In this document: in pieces, positions 29,967-38,468 of the stretch | Layout of the letters: each line of letters starts with the position of its first letter | Position numbering within the stretch: position 1 is the stretch's first letter | NCBI GenBank assembly: GCA_040389905.1 | Contig: JAZJZK010000019.1 | Coordinates: 1-51,284, forward strand | Source of the DNA: Gemmatimonadota bacterium | GTDB taxonomy: Bacteria; Gemmatimonadota; Gemmatimonadetes; Gemmatimonadales; Gemmatimonadaceae | Reading direction: 5' to 3' | Length of the DNA: 51,284 bases | Made by a program: the position numbers and the translations under genes | The notes under the pieces: model-generated | The model's database searches: none | Seen by the model: the letters and a program-made list of their open reading frames with translations, nothing else | What the model was told of the DNA's origin: nothing

Positions 29967-30255
29967 GAGTCCGCGGCACGAGAATGACCTGGCTATCGGC
30001 GGGGACATGCATCTGCAACCTTTGCTCCGCGATCGGCTGGAGTCGCGCTCGGCTCGACGCCGCGCGAATCTCGGCCTCCAGCCGCAGTCGCTCGGCAACC
30101 AGCGCGGAGCGCCGCGCGTCGAGCTCCGTGATTTCGCGCGCGGTACGAATGCCGAGCGAGCGGCGGAGGATGATGATGCCACTGATCGCGAGAAACGCGA
30201 CCAGGATCAGCGGCAGACGCCAGCGTCCCCCCTTTGCTACGCGGCGCGTTGCCAT
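29953..30255 (-). CDS. ftsL: Cell division protein FtsL-like
   Basis: 100 aa from ATG 30255: basic N-terminus, one TM, leucine heptads; lies between rsmH and ftsI. Confidence 0.8.
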   Translation of the reverse strand: MATRRVAKGGRWRLPLILVAFLAISGIIILRRSLGIRTAREITELDARRSALVAERLRLEAEIRAASSRARLQPIAEQRLQMHVPADSQVILVPRTHETP

Positions 30256-31175
30256 GCCCTGAGCTTCGCACTCCGAGAGCGCGGATTGCGTGCGACTTCG
30301 TCGGGCTGTGCAACCACCGCCCGACGGGTGATCACTGCGCCGAGTGCATGGTCTCCGCCGCAGGTACACATGGGATGACGCGGCGGGCAGATGCATGCCT
30401 CACTCCACGAGCGGAAGGCATGTTTGACCAAACGGTCCTCGCCGGAGTGATACGCGATGATGGCGAGCGTGCCGCCGGGCGCGAGACGATCGCGGAGGTC
30501 TGGCAGCGCGCGTTCGATACCGCCGATCTCGTCGTTCACCGCGATGCGGATGGCCTGGAAGAGCCGCGCGAATTCCGGGGCGCCGGTTCGGGGACCGAAC
30601 GCACCACGAATAGCCCCCACGAGGTCGTCGCTCGTGATGAAGGGACGCGTCGCACGGCGCTTCACCACTTCGCGCACGAGCCGGGCCGCGCGCGGCTCGT
30701 CGCCGAACTCGCGGAAGATCGTCACCAACGCCTGCTCCTCGCTTCCATTGAGCAGGTCGGCAGCGCTCTCGATGGCGTCGTCGCCCATGCGCATGTCGAG
30801 CGGCGCGCCCTCCCTGAACGAGAAGCCGCGCGACGCGTCGTCGATCTGATGAGAGGAGATGCCAAGGTCGAGCAGGATTCCGGTGAAGCGCACGCCATTC
30901 AATTCCGCAATGCGATCGAGATTCGCGTAGTTGCCACGATATGCAGTAAAGCGCCCAGCCTGTTCGCCATCGAGCCGCGCCGACGCCGCAACCAGGGCGT
31001 CGGCGTCTCGGTCGATCCCGATCACGCGTGCGACGCCTGCATCGAGCAATGCCGCGCTGTGTCCACCGCCGCCGAGCGTGCCATCGAGGACGAGTGTCCC
31101 CTTGCCGAGCAACTCGACAACAGCGTCGACGAGTGCGGGAGCATGATAATCAGTGTCCCACTGATGCGTGGCCAT
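30237..31175 (-). CDS. rsmH: 16S rRNA m4C1402 methyltransferase
   Basis: DGTLGGGGHS, DLGISSHQID, PLDMRM, FQAIRIAVN, NPRSRSAKLR. Confidence 0.97.
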   Translation of the reverse strand: MATHQWDTDYHAPALVDAVVELLGKGTLVLDGTLGGGGHSAALLDAGVARVIGIDRDADALVAASARLDGEQAGRFTAYRGNYANLDRIAELNGVRFTGILLDLGISSHQIDDASRGFSFREGAPLDMRMGDDAIESAADLLNGSEEQALVTIFREFGDEPRAARLVREVVKRRATRPFITSDDLVGAIRGAFGPRTGAPEFARLFQAIRIAVNDEIGGIERALPDLRDRLAPGGTLAIIAYHSGEDRLVKHAFRSWSEACICPPRHPMCTCGGDHALGAVITRRAVVAQPDEVARNPRSRSAKLRAWQRAA

Positions 31176-31200
31176 ATTATTGCCCCACGGAACTGCGTGC

Positions 31201-31263
31201 GTGCACGTCCTTCGCTTCGCTCAGGACAAGCGTGCAGATCCCTCGACTTCGCTCGGGGTGACA
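31201..31263. repeat. Family A composite / right half-element in the rsmH-yegS divergent promoter region
   Basis: GTGCAGATCCCTCGACTTCGCTCGGGGTGACA matches 1265-1296; preceded by CTTCGCTTCGCTCAGGACAAG. Confidence 0.88.
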
Positions 31264-31296
31264 TCCAAGGCGGCGCGCTCCAACCAACCTCCAATC

Positions 31297-32199
31297 ATGC
31301 CAATCCGTAAACATCTCACATTCGTCGTGCACGGCGCGCGCGCGGACCGCGAAGACCTCCGGCAGATGGTGTCGTGGGTGCGCGACCGCGGTCACGCCGT
31401 GGATGTGCGCATTACATGGAACAGTGGCGACGCCGAAGTCCTGACCGCCGCGGCCGCGGACGCCGGAACGGACGTTGTCATCGCATGTGGGGGAGACGGC
31501 ACGCTCAACGAGGTCGTGAATGGTCTCGACGGGCGGGACGTGCCGCTCGGCGTGGTGCCGTTGGGTACGGCCAACGACTTCGCGCGACAGACGGGCATTC
31601 CGGAGGAGGCAGATCATGCCATGGATGTTATCCTGCGCCGCAAGCCCGTGCGCATCGATACGGCATCGATGAATGGGCGTCGCTTCCTCAATGTGTCGAC
31701 GGGGGGAGTGGGAGCGGAGGCGACAGCCGAGACGCCCGCAGATGCCAAGGCGTCGCTCGGCCCGCTGGCGTACGCGATTACCGCGGTGCGCAAATGGGCC
31801 GAGAATTCGCTGCGGCACGCGACGTTCACGAGTGCGGGCTTCGGCCTCGATGTGGACTTCATGGCATTCGCGGTAGGCAGCGCGCGCGTGACCGGCGGCG
31901 GGACGATGATGACGCCTGAGGCGAGTGTCACGGACGGGCTGCTGGACTTGTGCGTCATCGAAGCAATGTCGCGCCGCGATTTCGCAAGGTTGTCGCTCAG
32001 CGTGAAAAACGGCGACCATGTCGGCCTGCCCGGTGTCCACTACGCGCAGCTTCCGTGGCTCAAGGTCGTTGGCGCCGAGCCGTTGAGCGTGAATCTCGAT
32101 GGCGAGAGCGGCGAATCTCAGATTTGTGACTATCGCGCCCGGAAGGCGGATCTGCTGGTCCATGTACAGCACCTGCCGGGCGAAGAACGAATTGCTTGA
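31297..32199 (+). CDS. YegS/DAGK family lipid kinase
   Basis: GGDGTLNEVVNG, PLGTANDF, FLNV, DGLLD, NLDGE. Start moved to ATG 31297 because the upstream extension is repeat-derived. Confidence 0.92.
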   Translation: MPIRKHLTFVVHGARADREDLRQMVSWVRDRGHAVDVRITWNSGDAEVLTAAAADAGTDVVIACGGDGTLNEVVNGLDGRDVPLGVVPLGTANDFARQTGIPEEADHAMDVILRRKPVRIDTASMNGRRFLNVSTGGVGAEATAETPADAKASLGPLAYAITAVRKWAENSLRHATFTSAGFGLDVDFMAFAVGSARVTGGGTMMTPEASVTDGLLDLCVIEAMSRRDFARLSLSVKNGDHVGLPGVHYAQLPWLKVVGAEPLSVNLDGESGESQICDYRARKADLLVHVQHLPGEERIA

Positions 32200-32205
32200 A
32201 CGACG

Positions 32206-32237
32206 ACGGGGTGGCCACTCGAAAGCGGCCACCCCGT
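32206..32237. terminator. Hairpin between convergent genes, probable bidirectional terminator
   Basis: Perfect 11-bp stem ACGGGGTGGCC / GGCCACCCCGT with a 10-nt loop; U-tracts weak. Confidence 0.65.
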
Positions 32238-32254
32238 ATTCACGTTCTCAGCGC

Positions 32255-33979
32255 CTACTTGCAGAATTTCTTGATGGAGCCATCGACAAACGGCCCGAAC
32301 TGCGTCGCCCACTGAAGAACTGAGGTGGCCGTCCCACGGTCGATCGCGCCGCCCGCAGGCATGTTGATGTTGATCATCGTCACCAAGTCATTCGCGGCCT
32401 TGAAGTCATCGCAGCTCTTCGAAGCCTGAAGCGCCGTCTGGGTACCGGACAGAATCTGATAAGCCGAGACACCGAGGAGGAACTTGGCCAGTGGCGTCGG
32501 AGACATCTCCTCAGCGGCGGTCAGCACTGGAAGCGCCTTTCTGAAGTCGTCAGGCTGGTGCGACGTGTTGCCTGCTTCATACAACTTACGCCCAACGCTT
32601 ACGAGTACCGCGACAGCGCGAGACTTGTTCGCGGGATCCTGCGCTGCGTCGGCGTGGGCGTACTTCACTGCGTCGTCGAAATTGCCCTGATCGAGTGATA
32701 TCTGCGCGAGCAGGTAGTTCGCGAAATTTACCTTCGGATCGATTCTCAGTGCTGCCTCAAAGCTCGCCTTCGCCGCTGGGAGCTGCCCGGCTTTGCGCTC
32801 GTGGTTTCCCTTCTGCATGAGGTAGCGCGTATTCGCCGGGTACTTCTTTACCGCAAGCGCGCCAAATTCCGCCGCCTTGGCAAACAGGCTGTCCGCCTCG
32901 AGATCCGAAATCTGGCGATCGAAGTACCCTGAATCGGCCGCCGTCGTGTCGATGGACACGTACGCAACGCCGGCGGGAACTGCTTCCTTGAACATCTTTG
33001 CTGCGCGAAGCACATACCAGTACGTCTTGGCGTACTGCGGATCACCGGGGTTGTCCGCGACGAGTTGCTTCGCCGTGGGAACCGCGATCTCCGCCTTGCC
33101 CGACGTCACCAGCGTCGCAATGACCTGCTCGCGAAGGGTCTGGTTGGTCGGATCGGCGTTCATCATGCCAATCAGCGCCTGCAGGGCGTTCGCCGTGTCC
33201 TTCTTCAGGTTGTACGCATCGTACATCAGGTTGAACGCGATACGGCTGCCCTTGTCGAGATCGAGGATGCTCTTGCTTACTGCAATGACCGAGTCCTTCC
33301 AGGGACCCGTGGAGTCTGCCGTCGCCTTCATTGCCGAGTAGGCGCTGGCCATGCAGAGCCGAAGCAGCGTGCTCTTCGGGTAGCTGATCATTCCCTTCCG
33401 TGCCGCGGCGATGGCGACGGCGGGGGTGTTGGCGCGAATACCGTTCTCGCACGCCTGATTATCGGGAATGGTCTTGCGCGCTCTGTCGTACTCGTCGACG
33501 ACCTTCTTCGCGAGCTCGCCCATGTCCTTGACGTCGCCGTCGAAGATGGGCTGCGAGAGCGACACATCGCGCGGCAGGAACATGCGGACCGACGCGTGGA
33601 AACCCGTCGCGATCTTGTTGATGCTGCCGTCGATCACCTCGTCGGCGTGCACGAGCTTTGCGAGTTCCTTGATATCGTTCGGGCTCAGCGCGGAATCCGG
33701 GCGATAGCCCGATTGCATGAGCGTGGCGTCGATGTCCTTTTTCGGGTTCGGCATGAGCGTGCGAATACTGTATTCGCCCTCGATGCGGTTGCGGATTTCG
33801 TCCGCCGCCTGAATGCCGAACGCGGGATCGCCGCGGAACGTGGTGACGAGGACCCTCTTCGTCTCAGGGCCAGGTCCCTGACGATTCCGCTGGGCGCCAG
33901 CGACCGATGGAACGACCGTCGCGACGAGTGCCGCGGCCAATCCGACAGCCTGAAGCGCAGAGCGATGCGGAGCCTTCAC
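32255..33979 (-). CDS. Secreted TPR-containing protein
   Basis: GGAGG SD before GTG 33979; signal peptide ending VAGAQ; TPR-like helical repeats (FEAALRIDPKVNFANYLLAQI). Confidence 0.8.
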   Translation of the reverse strand: MKAPHRSALQAVGLAAALVATVVPSVAGAQRNRQGPGPETKRVLVTTFRGDPAFGIQAADEIRNRIEGEYSIRTLMPNPKKDIDATLMQSGYRPDSALSPNDIKELAKLVHADEVIDGSINKIATGFHASVRMFLPRDVSLSQPIFDGDVKDMGELAKKVVDEYDRARKTIPDNQACENGIRANTPAVAIAAARKGMISYPKSTLLRLCMASAYSAMKATADSTGPWKDSVIAVSKSILDLDKGSRIAFNLMYDAYNLKKDTANALQALIGMMNADPTNQTLREQVIATLVTSGKAEIAVPTAKQLVADNPGDPQYAKTYWYVLRAAKMFKEAVPAGVAYVSIDTTAADSGYFDRQISDLEADSLFAKAAEFGALAVKKYPANTRYLMQKGNHERKAGQLPAAKASFEAALRIDPKVNFANYLLAQISLDQGNFDDAVKYAHADAAQDPANKSRAVAVLVSVGRKLYEAGNTSHQPDDFRKALPVLTAAEEMSPTPLAKFLLGVSAYQILSGTQTALQASKSCDDFKAANDLVTMININMPAGGAIDRGTATSVLQWATQFGPFVDGSIKKFCK

Positions 33980-34070
33980 AGTCGTAACCTCCAAAGCGTT
34001 AAACAGACGTACACCATATGAGCCGCGCTGGGTCCGCATGGCGATCACGGAATGAAAACACATCACAAAA

Positions 34071-34144
34071 TGGGCGAAGAGGGACTCGAACCCCCGACAT
34101 CCTGTGTGTAAGACAGGCGCTCTAACCAGCTGAGCTATTCGCCC
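34071..34144 (-). tRNA. tRNA-Val (TAC)
   Basis: Acceptor GGGCGAA/TTCGCCC, D arm TAGCTCAGCTGGTTAGAGC, anticodon arm CCTGT-CTTACAC-ACAGG, T loop GGTTCGAGTCC; CCA not encoded. Confidence 0.97.
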
Positions 34145-34229
34145 GGCGAAACGCTCGCACGAGCGAGGCCTCCGCCGGCCGCGCTCGCCAGGTTGCCTTC
34201 AATTGTTGGTACAGCCCTGGAATGTTCTG

Positions 34230-34403
34230 CTACGACCTGAGAATTGCCATCGGCACCAGCACACAATAGCCCGCCACCAGCAAAATAGGTGCAATCGTCG
34301 TCCCGCCACGCGCCAAATCCGCATACCCGAGAAGGATCGTCGCCGCGGCGATTCCCCACCAGAGCTTCGGACGATCCTGCAACGTCGTATCTGTTTGTGC
34401 CAT
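34230..34403 (-). CDS. 57-aa two-TM small membrane protein (DUF3098-like), absent from ORF track
   Basis: MAQTDTTLQDRPKLWWGIAAATILLGYADLARGGTTIAPILLVAGYCVLVPMAILRS*, directly downstream of a consensus promoter. Confidence 0.8.
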   Translation of the reverse strand: MAQTDTTLQDRPKLWWGIAAATILLGYADLARGGTTIAPILLVAGYCVLVPMAILRS

Positions 34404-34412
34404 AGGCGATTG

Positions 34413-34441
34413 AGTGTATTCCGGCCGTTTAGGGGTGTCAA
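34413..34441 (-). promoter_or_regulatory. Sigma70 promoter
   Basis: TTGACA (34441-34436), 17 nt, TACACT (34418-34413) on the minus strand. Confidence 0.85.
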
Positions 34442-34505
34442 GCGACAGACCCCACGATTAATCGTATCGTAACTTCCGAGTCCCTCGTACCCGTTGCCTC
34501 GGCCT

Positions 34506-34677
34506 CGGCAAAAGCGCACCGCAGAGGACGCAGAGAAAAGATACAGCCGCGGAGGTCGCAGAGGACTACGATGACGGGGTCACATGCTTTGTCTGCGGCT
34601 TTCCTTTGTCCTTGCTTTCCTTAGCGACCTTTGCGGCTGTTGCAGTTCCTCTGCGACCTCTGCGTGAGGCTTTGCCG
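34506..34677. repeat. Family B nested palindromic element
   Basis: Outer IR ACCGCAGAGGACGCAGAG...CTCTGCGACCTCTGCG, inner IR about 34543-34565 / 34618-34640; shares GTCGCAGAGGACTACGA with 7681-7697. Confidence 0.85.
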
Positions 34678-34678
34678 T

Positions 34679-35767
34679 TCACTTGGTCGAATTGTCCTGA
34701 TCCGAAGTATCGGTCGGATTGTCCGAATTCTCGCCCCCTTCGCCAATCAGCATCGCCAGCGCACTCTCCCGCTCCTCGCGCTCGGCCTTTTCGTCCGCGA
34801 CGAGCATCGCATCCAGTCGCCGCCGATTGCGCGCGCGCCGCGCGAAGGCGAACGGTGTGATCAGGATGCCGACCACCAGCATCGCGAGTGAGAAATCCGC
34901 GAACAGTGCGAGCCCGCCGTACCGCCGGCGCGTGCGCTCCTGAAAGAGGCGCTCGAAACCGTCCAGCGTGAGGCCGAATGCCTTTCGCATCGCCGCATCG
35001 AGCGCATGGCCGTGCCGCCAGTAATCGAAGAAGAGCGTCAGGCCACGCTCCCGGTCGAGTGACGCGAGCTCGATCACCGCGCGGTAGCTCAGCGCATATG
35101 AGGATTGTGCTGCCTGGGAGCCACGCTGAAAGCCCTCATCGAGGCGCGCAAGCGACGGGGTCCCGACGAGCGCCAGCCCGATATTGGCGGCGAGGACGTC
35201 CTCCCGTCGCCACTCCCGGGCAACCACGCTCGCGTAGCCTTCGTCGAACCACCGCGGCGGCTTGTTGCCGAGAAATTCGTGGAGCGCGAGGTGGGCGAGC
35301 TCGTGCCGAAGGACCTCGATCGGGTCCCCAGCCTCCGACGTCGCAACGCGCCCCTGCATGATGATCCGCCGCGATTCCGGGAACGCGATCGCGGCGCCCC
35401 ACTCGGGGGCACCGGGGCCAACCCAGGCACGAAAGCGCGACGCGTCCGGTGCGATCGCAATCAGGACCCGCTGGGAGGGGCGCGGCAACCAGGGAAAGCT
35501 GTCGTTGGCCACGGCGGCCTTGAGGAGCGAGCTCGCAAGCAAGTCGTCCTGTGGATAGAACACCGCCGTGAACCGGCCGGAGTCGAGCCGTCGCGGCGCA
35601 TCGTCCTGCGCAGCGACGGGGTGCGCAAGCAACGCGACCAGCAGCGCGACGCAAGCGAATGTGCGTCGCAGTGCTACGGCTCCCCGCCCTCTTCCACCGT
35701 CTTGAGCACCTCGGCGCACTTCTTTCCCCACGGATTGAACTTGTTGGCCGCGTACCCTTCGTGCCAC
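34679..35767 (-). CDS. Peptidase MA family zinc metallohydrolase (start uncertain)
   Basis: HELAH (HExxH), PRWFDEGYA, signal-like LLVALLAHPVAAQ, C-terminal TM. True start is probably near 35670-35720. Confidence 0.8.
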   Translation of the reverse strand: MARRVRGQQVQSVGKEVRRGAQDGGRGRGAVALRRTFACVALLVALLAHPVAAQDDAPRRLDSGRFTAVFYPQDDLLASSLLKAAVANDSFPWLPRPSQRVLIAIAPDASRFRAWVGPGAPEWGAAIAFPESRRIIMQGRVATSEAGDPIEVLRHELAHLALHEFLGNKPPRWFDEGYASVVAREWRREDVLAANIGLALVGTPSLARLDEGFQRGSQAAQSSYALSYRAVIELASLDRERGLTLFFDYWRHGHALDAAMRKAFGLTLDGFERLFQERTRRRYGGLALFADFSLAMLVVGILITPFAFARRARNRRRLDAMLVADEKAEREERESALAMLIGEGGENSDNPTDTSDQDNSTK

Positions 35768-36510
35768 GTCTGCAGCGCCTCGTCACGCTGCCCGTTGAAC
35801 CAGTAGGCGCGTCCGAGCTCGTAGTACGCTTCGATCAGGTTGGGGCCAAGGGCGAGCGTCTTCTGGAAGAAGGTTTGTGCGTCCTCGAACATGTCCCGCT
35901 CGAGATACACGAGCCCGAGGTAAAAGTGCGCGTACAGTGTGGCCTTCCGGTCGCTGTCCAACCGGATCGCGCGCGACAAGTGCTCGATCGCCTCACCGAA
36001 GATCCGCTTCTTGAGGCAGATGTAGCCCACGTTGATGCGCGCCAGGGCGTTCGCCGGCTCGCGCATCAGCACCTGCTGGAATTGCATGAGTGCTTCGTCG
36101 TACTTCTCCTGGAGCATCTGTGCCCAACCGAGGAGCGACACGGCCTGCGGGTCGTTCGGCACGAGCTGCAATGCCTTGGTCAGGCTCTCTTCAGCCCCTG
36201 GGTAGTCGCCGAGGGAAATCCGGCTCCAGCCCTTTTCGATGAACGTCGACGCGCCGATGTGATCGACGACGACGGGCCGCTCGGCGCTGAAGGCGGGCGC
36301 CAGATTCGCCTGCAACCCCTTCCAGCGCTCGACGAGCGCTTTCGCCTCATCCTTGAGCGCATTGAGATCCGCGAGATCCACCTCGAGCGCCTTGCCGAGG
36401 GCAATCAGGTCACCACGAATGGAGTCGCGGTCTGCCGCCGCATTGGGCGCATCAAGGCGCGCCGTCAGCGCAGCAATCCGTGCCCGGTGGGCGTCCACGA
36501 TCTCACCCAT
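35674..36510 (-). CDS. TPR protein with N-terminal coiled coil
   Basis: About five TPR repeats (KALQLVPNDPQAVSLLGWA, KTLALGPNLIEAYYELGRAY). Confidence 0.88.
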   Translation of the reverse strand: MGEIVDAHRARIAALTARLDAPNAAADRDSIRGDLIALGKALEVDLADLNALKDEAKALVERWKGLQANLAPAFSAERPVVVDHIGASTFIEKGWSRISLGDYPGAEESLTKALQLVPNDPQAVSLLGWAQMLQEKYDEALMQFQQVLMREPANALARINVGYICLKKRIFGEAIEHLSRAIRLDSDRKATLYAHFYLGLVYLERDMFEDAQTFFQKTLALGPNLIEAYYELGRAYWFNGQRDEALQTWHEGYAANKFNPWGKKCAEVLKTVEEGGEP

Positions 36511-36979
36511 GTGCCAGGGCCTCCGCTCCGGTATGCTGGAGCGCGATGCGCTCGGTCGATGTGAGCAGCTCGTCGACGTTGAGATAGATGACGAGACGCG
36601 AGCCGTGACGGACGATGCCTTTCAGGTACTCGCCGGCGAGCCCATGGAACATCTTCGGCGGCGGCTGCACGGCGGCGGGATCGAAGGAAGCGACTTCGGT
36701 GACCGAGTCCACGACCAGCGCGACCCATTCTCCACTGACGTTGAGGATGAGGATGCGCGTGTCATTGCCCGCATCGCGGGCGGGGAGCTCGAGCCGGCGG
36801 CGCAGATTCACCACCGGCACGACGCGGCCCTGGTAGTCCATGACGCCTTCGATGTACGGCGGGGTGTCCGGCACCGGTGTGGGTGCCGCGTAACGAAGCA
36901 CGCGCTCCACCGCCTGCACGTCCGCGGCGAAGTGATCGTCGCCAAGTCGGAACGCCACCAGCTTGTCTTTCTCGCTCAT
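36503..36979 (-). CDS. cheW: Chemotaxis adaptor CheW
   Basis: LVAFRLG, VPDTPPYIEGVMDYQGRVVPVVNLR, LVVDSVTEV. Start moved to ATG 36979 (ATGA overlap). Confidence 0.93.
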   Translation of the reverse strand: MSEKDKLVAFRLGDDHFAADVQAVERVLRYAAPTPVPDTPPYIEGVMDYQGRVVPVVNLRRRLELPARDAGNDTRILILNVSGEWVALVVDSVTEVASFDPAAVQPPPKMFHGLAGEYLKGIVRHGSRLVIYLNVDELLTSTERIALQHTGAEALAHG

Positions 36980-37671
36980 GCAATCTCCAGTAGAACCGCG
37001 GTCTGGCACGCCGAAACGAGCGCAGCGCCCGACAGCACCGTCACCAATGCGTCGCCCACCTGCGCGACACCCAGAACGAGCCCTTCATGCACCTCGACAC
37101 CCGGCGAACGGCGCACGTCGCGCATGTCGATGCTGATGGCATCCTCCACATCGTCGATGAGCACACCGACGAGCGCGCGTCCCTCTCGAAAGATGAGCAC
37201 TGCGTCGCGCAATGCGAGAGGCAACCCGAGCGCACCATGCGGTGAATAGACGGGCGTCAGGGCGCCGCGAACGGATACGACGCCGAGCATGGCCGGCGGC
37301 ATTTCCGGAACATGATGAATGACGGGGAGATCGATGACCTCCTCGACGTCCGACAGCGCAAGCGCGAAGCGTTCGCTGCCGACGCGGAACATCAGCAGGT
37401 CGGCGGTGCGCTTGATGGGGGCTGGTGGCGCAACACGCGGGGGCGGCGCTTCGCGAACCTTCTTCGCGAACGCGACGACGGGAACGGCGGGAGGTACAAC
37501 GACGGGAGGTGCAGACCCCTCGACTTCGCTCGGGGTGACAACCGCTTCGCCCGGGGTGACGACAACTTCGGGAACAGCGTGCGGTGCAGACCCCTCGACT
37601 TCGCTCGGGGTGACAACCGCTTCGCTCGGGGTGACAGCCAGTTCGCTATACCGAATCCGTTTTTTCTTCAT
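36976..37671 (-). CDS. cheW: CheW with Pro/Val-rich, repeat-derived N-terminal extension
   Basis: LLMFRVGSERFAL, VPEMPPAMLGVVSVRG, GVLIDDV; ATGA-coupled to the upstream gene. Confidence 0.88.
   Translation of the reverse strand: MKKKRIRYSELAVTPSEAVVTPSEVEGSAPHAVPEVVVTPGEAVVTPSEVEGSAPPVVVPPAVPVVAFAKKVREAPPPRVAPPAPIKRTADLLMFRVGSERFALALSDVEEVIDLPVIHHVPEMPPAMLGVVSVRGALTPVYSPHGALGLPLALRDAVLIFREGRALVGVLIDDVEDAISIDMRDVRRSPGVEVHEGLVLGVAQVGDALVTVLSGAALVSACQTAVLLEIA
37508..37636. repeat. Two 53-bp direct repeats derived from family A, inside cheW
   Basis: GGTGCAGACCCCTCGACTTCGCTCGGGGTGACAACCGCTTCGC(C/T)CGGGGTGAC at 37508 and 37583, 75-bp period. Confidence 0.92.
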
Positions 37672-38468
37672 TCCTGATCGTCCGCCACGTCGAACATCAG
37701 TTCCCCATCGATCGACGCCAGTTTGCGCATCGCACCCACGAAGAGCGCCTGCGTCGCGAGGGTATTGATCCGACGCGGAATTCCGGCGCTCCGCGCCGCC
37801 AGCGCCGTAAACGCGTCATCCGTGAAAATACGCACCCCGTTCCACCCGGCGACGGTGAGCCGATGCTCGACATAGCCGCGCACTTCGTCCGCCTCCATCG
37901 GCTCGACGTGGAAGCGCAGGCTCACCCGCTGATCGATCTGCGGTCGCTTTCGAATGCGATCGCGCAACTCCGGCTGGCCGAGCAGGATGACGTGCAGGTG
38001 CTTGTCCTGCCGGCCCTCGTAGTTGCTGAACAGGCGGATCTCCTCCAGCAAGGAAGGACTCGCGAGCTGCGCCTCATCCACGATCAACACCGGCCTCCGC
38101 CCCGCGTCATGCAACTCACCGAGACGCACGCCGAGCGCCTCGACCAAGGCGAGCTTGCCGCGTGGTGCCTTGTCCAGCCCGACACCGGCCGCAACGGTCG
38201 CGAGGAGCTGGGTCGGAGTGACCTTGGGGTACGACAAGACGATGACGTCGCACGATGTTCCTGACAGACGATCGGCCAACGCACGCGCCAGCATCGTCTT
38301 GCCGCAGCCGATTTCGCCAGTAATGAGCGACAGCCCGCCGCGTAGGTCCGTCGCGTCGTACAGCAGCCGCGCGTATCCCTCTGCGAACGTGGGCGATTGA
38401 TACACGAAATCCGGATCGGGCGTGTTCGCAAAGGCCCGGCGGGAGAGCTTCCAGTGCGCTTCGATCAT
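37668..38468 (-). CDS. ExeA/GspA/MshM-like AAA ATPase
   Basis: FANTPDP, TGEIGCGKT, LIVDEAQ, LLGQPEL, GIPRRIN. Start moved to ATG 38468 (ATGA overlap with cheB). Confidence 0.9.
   Translation of the reverse strand: MIEAHWKLSRRAFANTPDPDFVYQSPTFAEGYARLLYDATDLRGGLSLITGEIGCGKTMLARALADRLSGTSCDVIVLSYPKVTPTQLLATVAAGVGLDKAPRGKLALVEALGVRLGELHDAGRRPVLIVDEAQLASPSLLEEIRLFSNYEGRQDKHLHVILLGQPELRDRIRKRPQIDQRVSLRFHVEPMEADEVRGYVEHRLTVAGWNGVRIFTDDAFTALAARSAGIPRRINTLATQALFVGAMRKLASIDGELMFDVADDQE

Noticed and set aside
31168..31296. N-terminal extensions in the ORF track for the YegS-like gene (and TonB-C gene, 19267-19614)
   Set aside because: Read-through of repeat/intergenic DNA; downstream ATGs sit at the domain or signal-peptide start.
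34071..34144. tRNA as prophage/island attachment site
   Set aside because: No integrase nearby and no duplicated tRNA 3' end seen.
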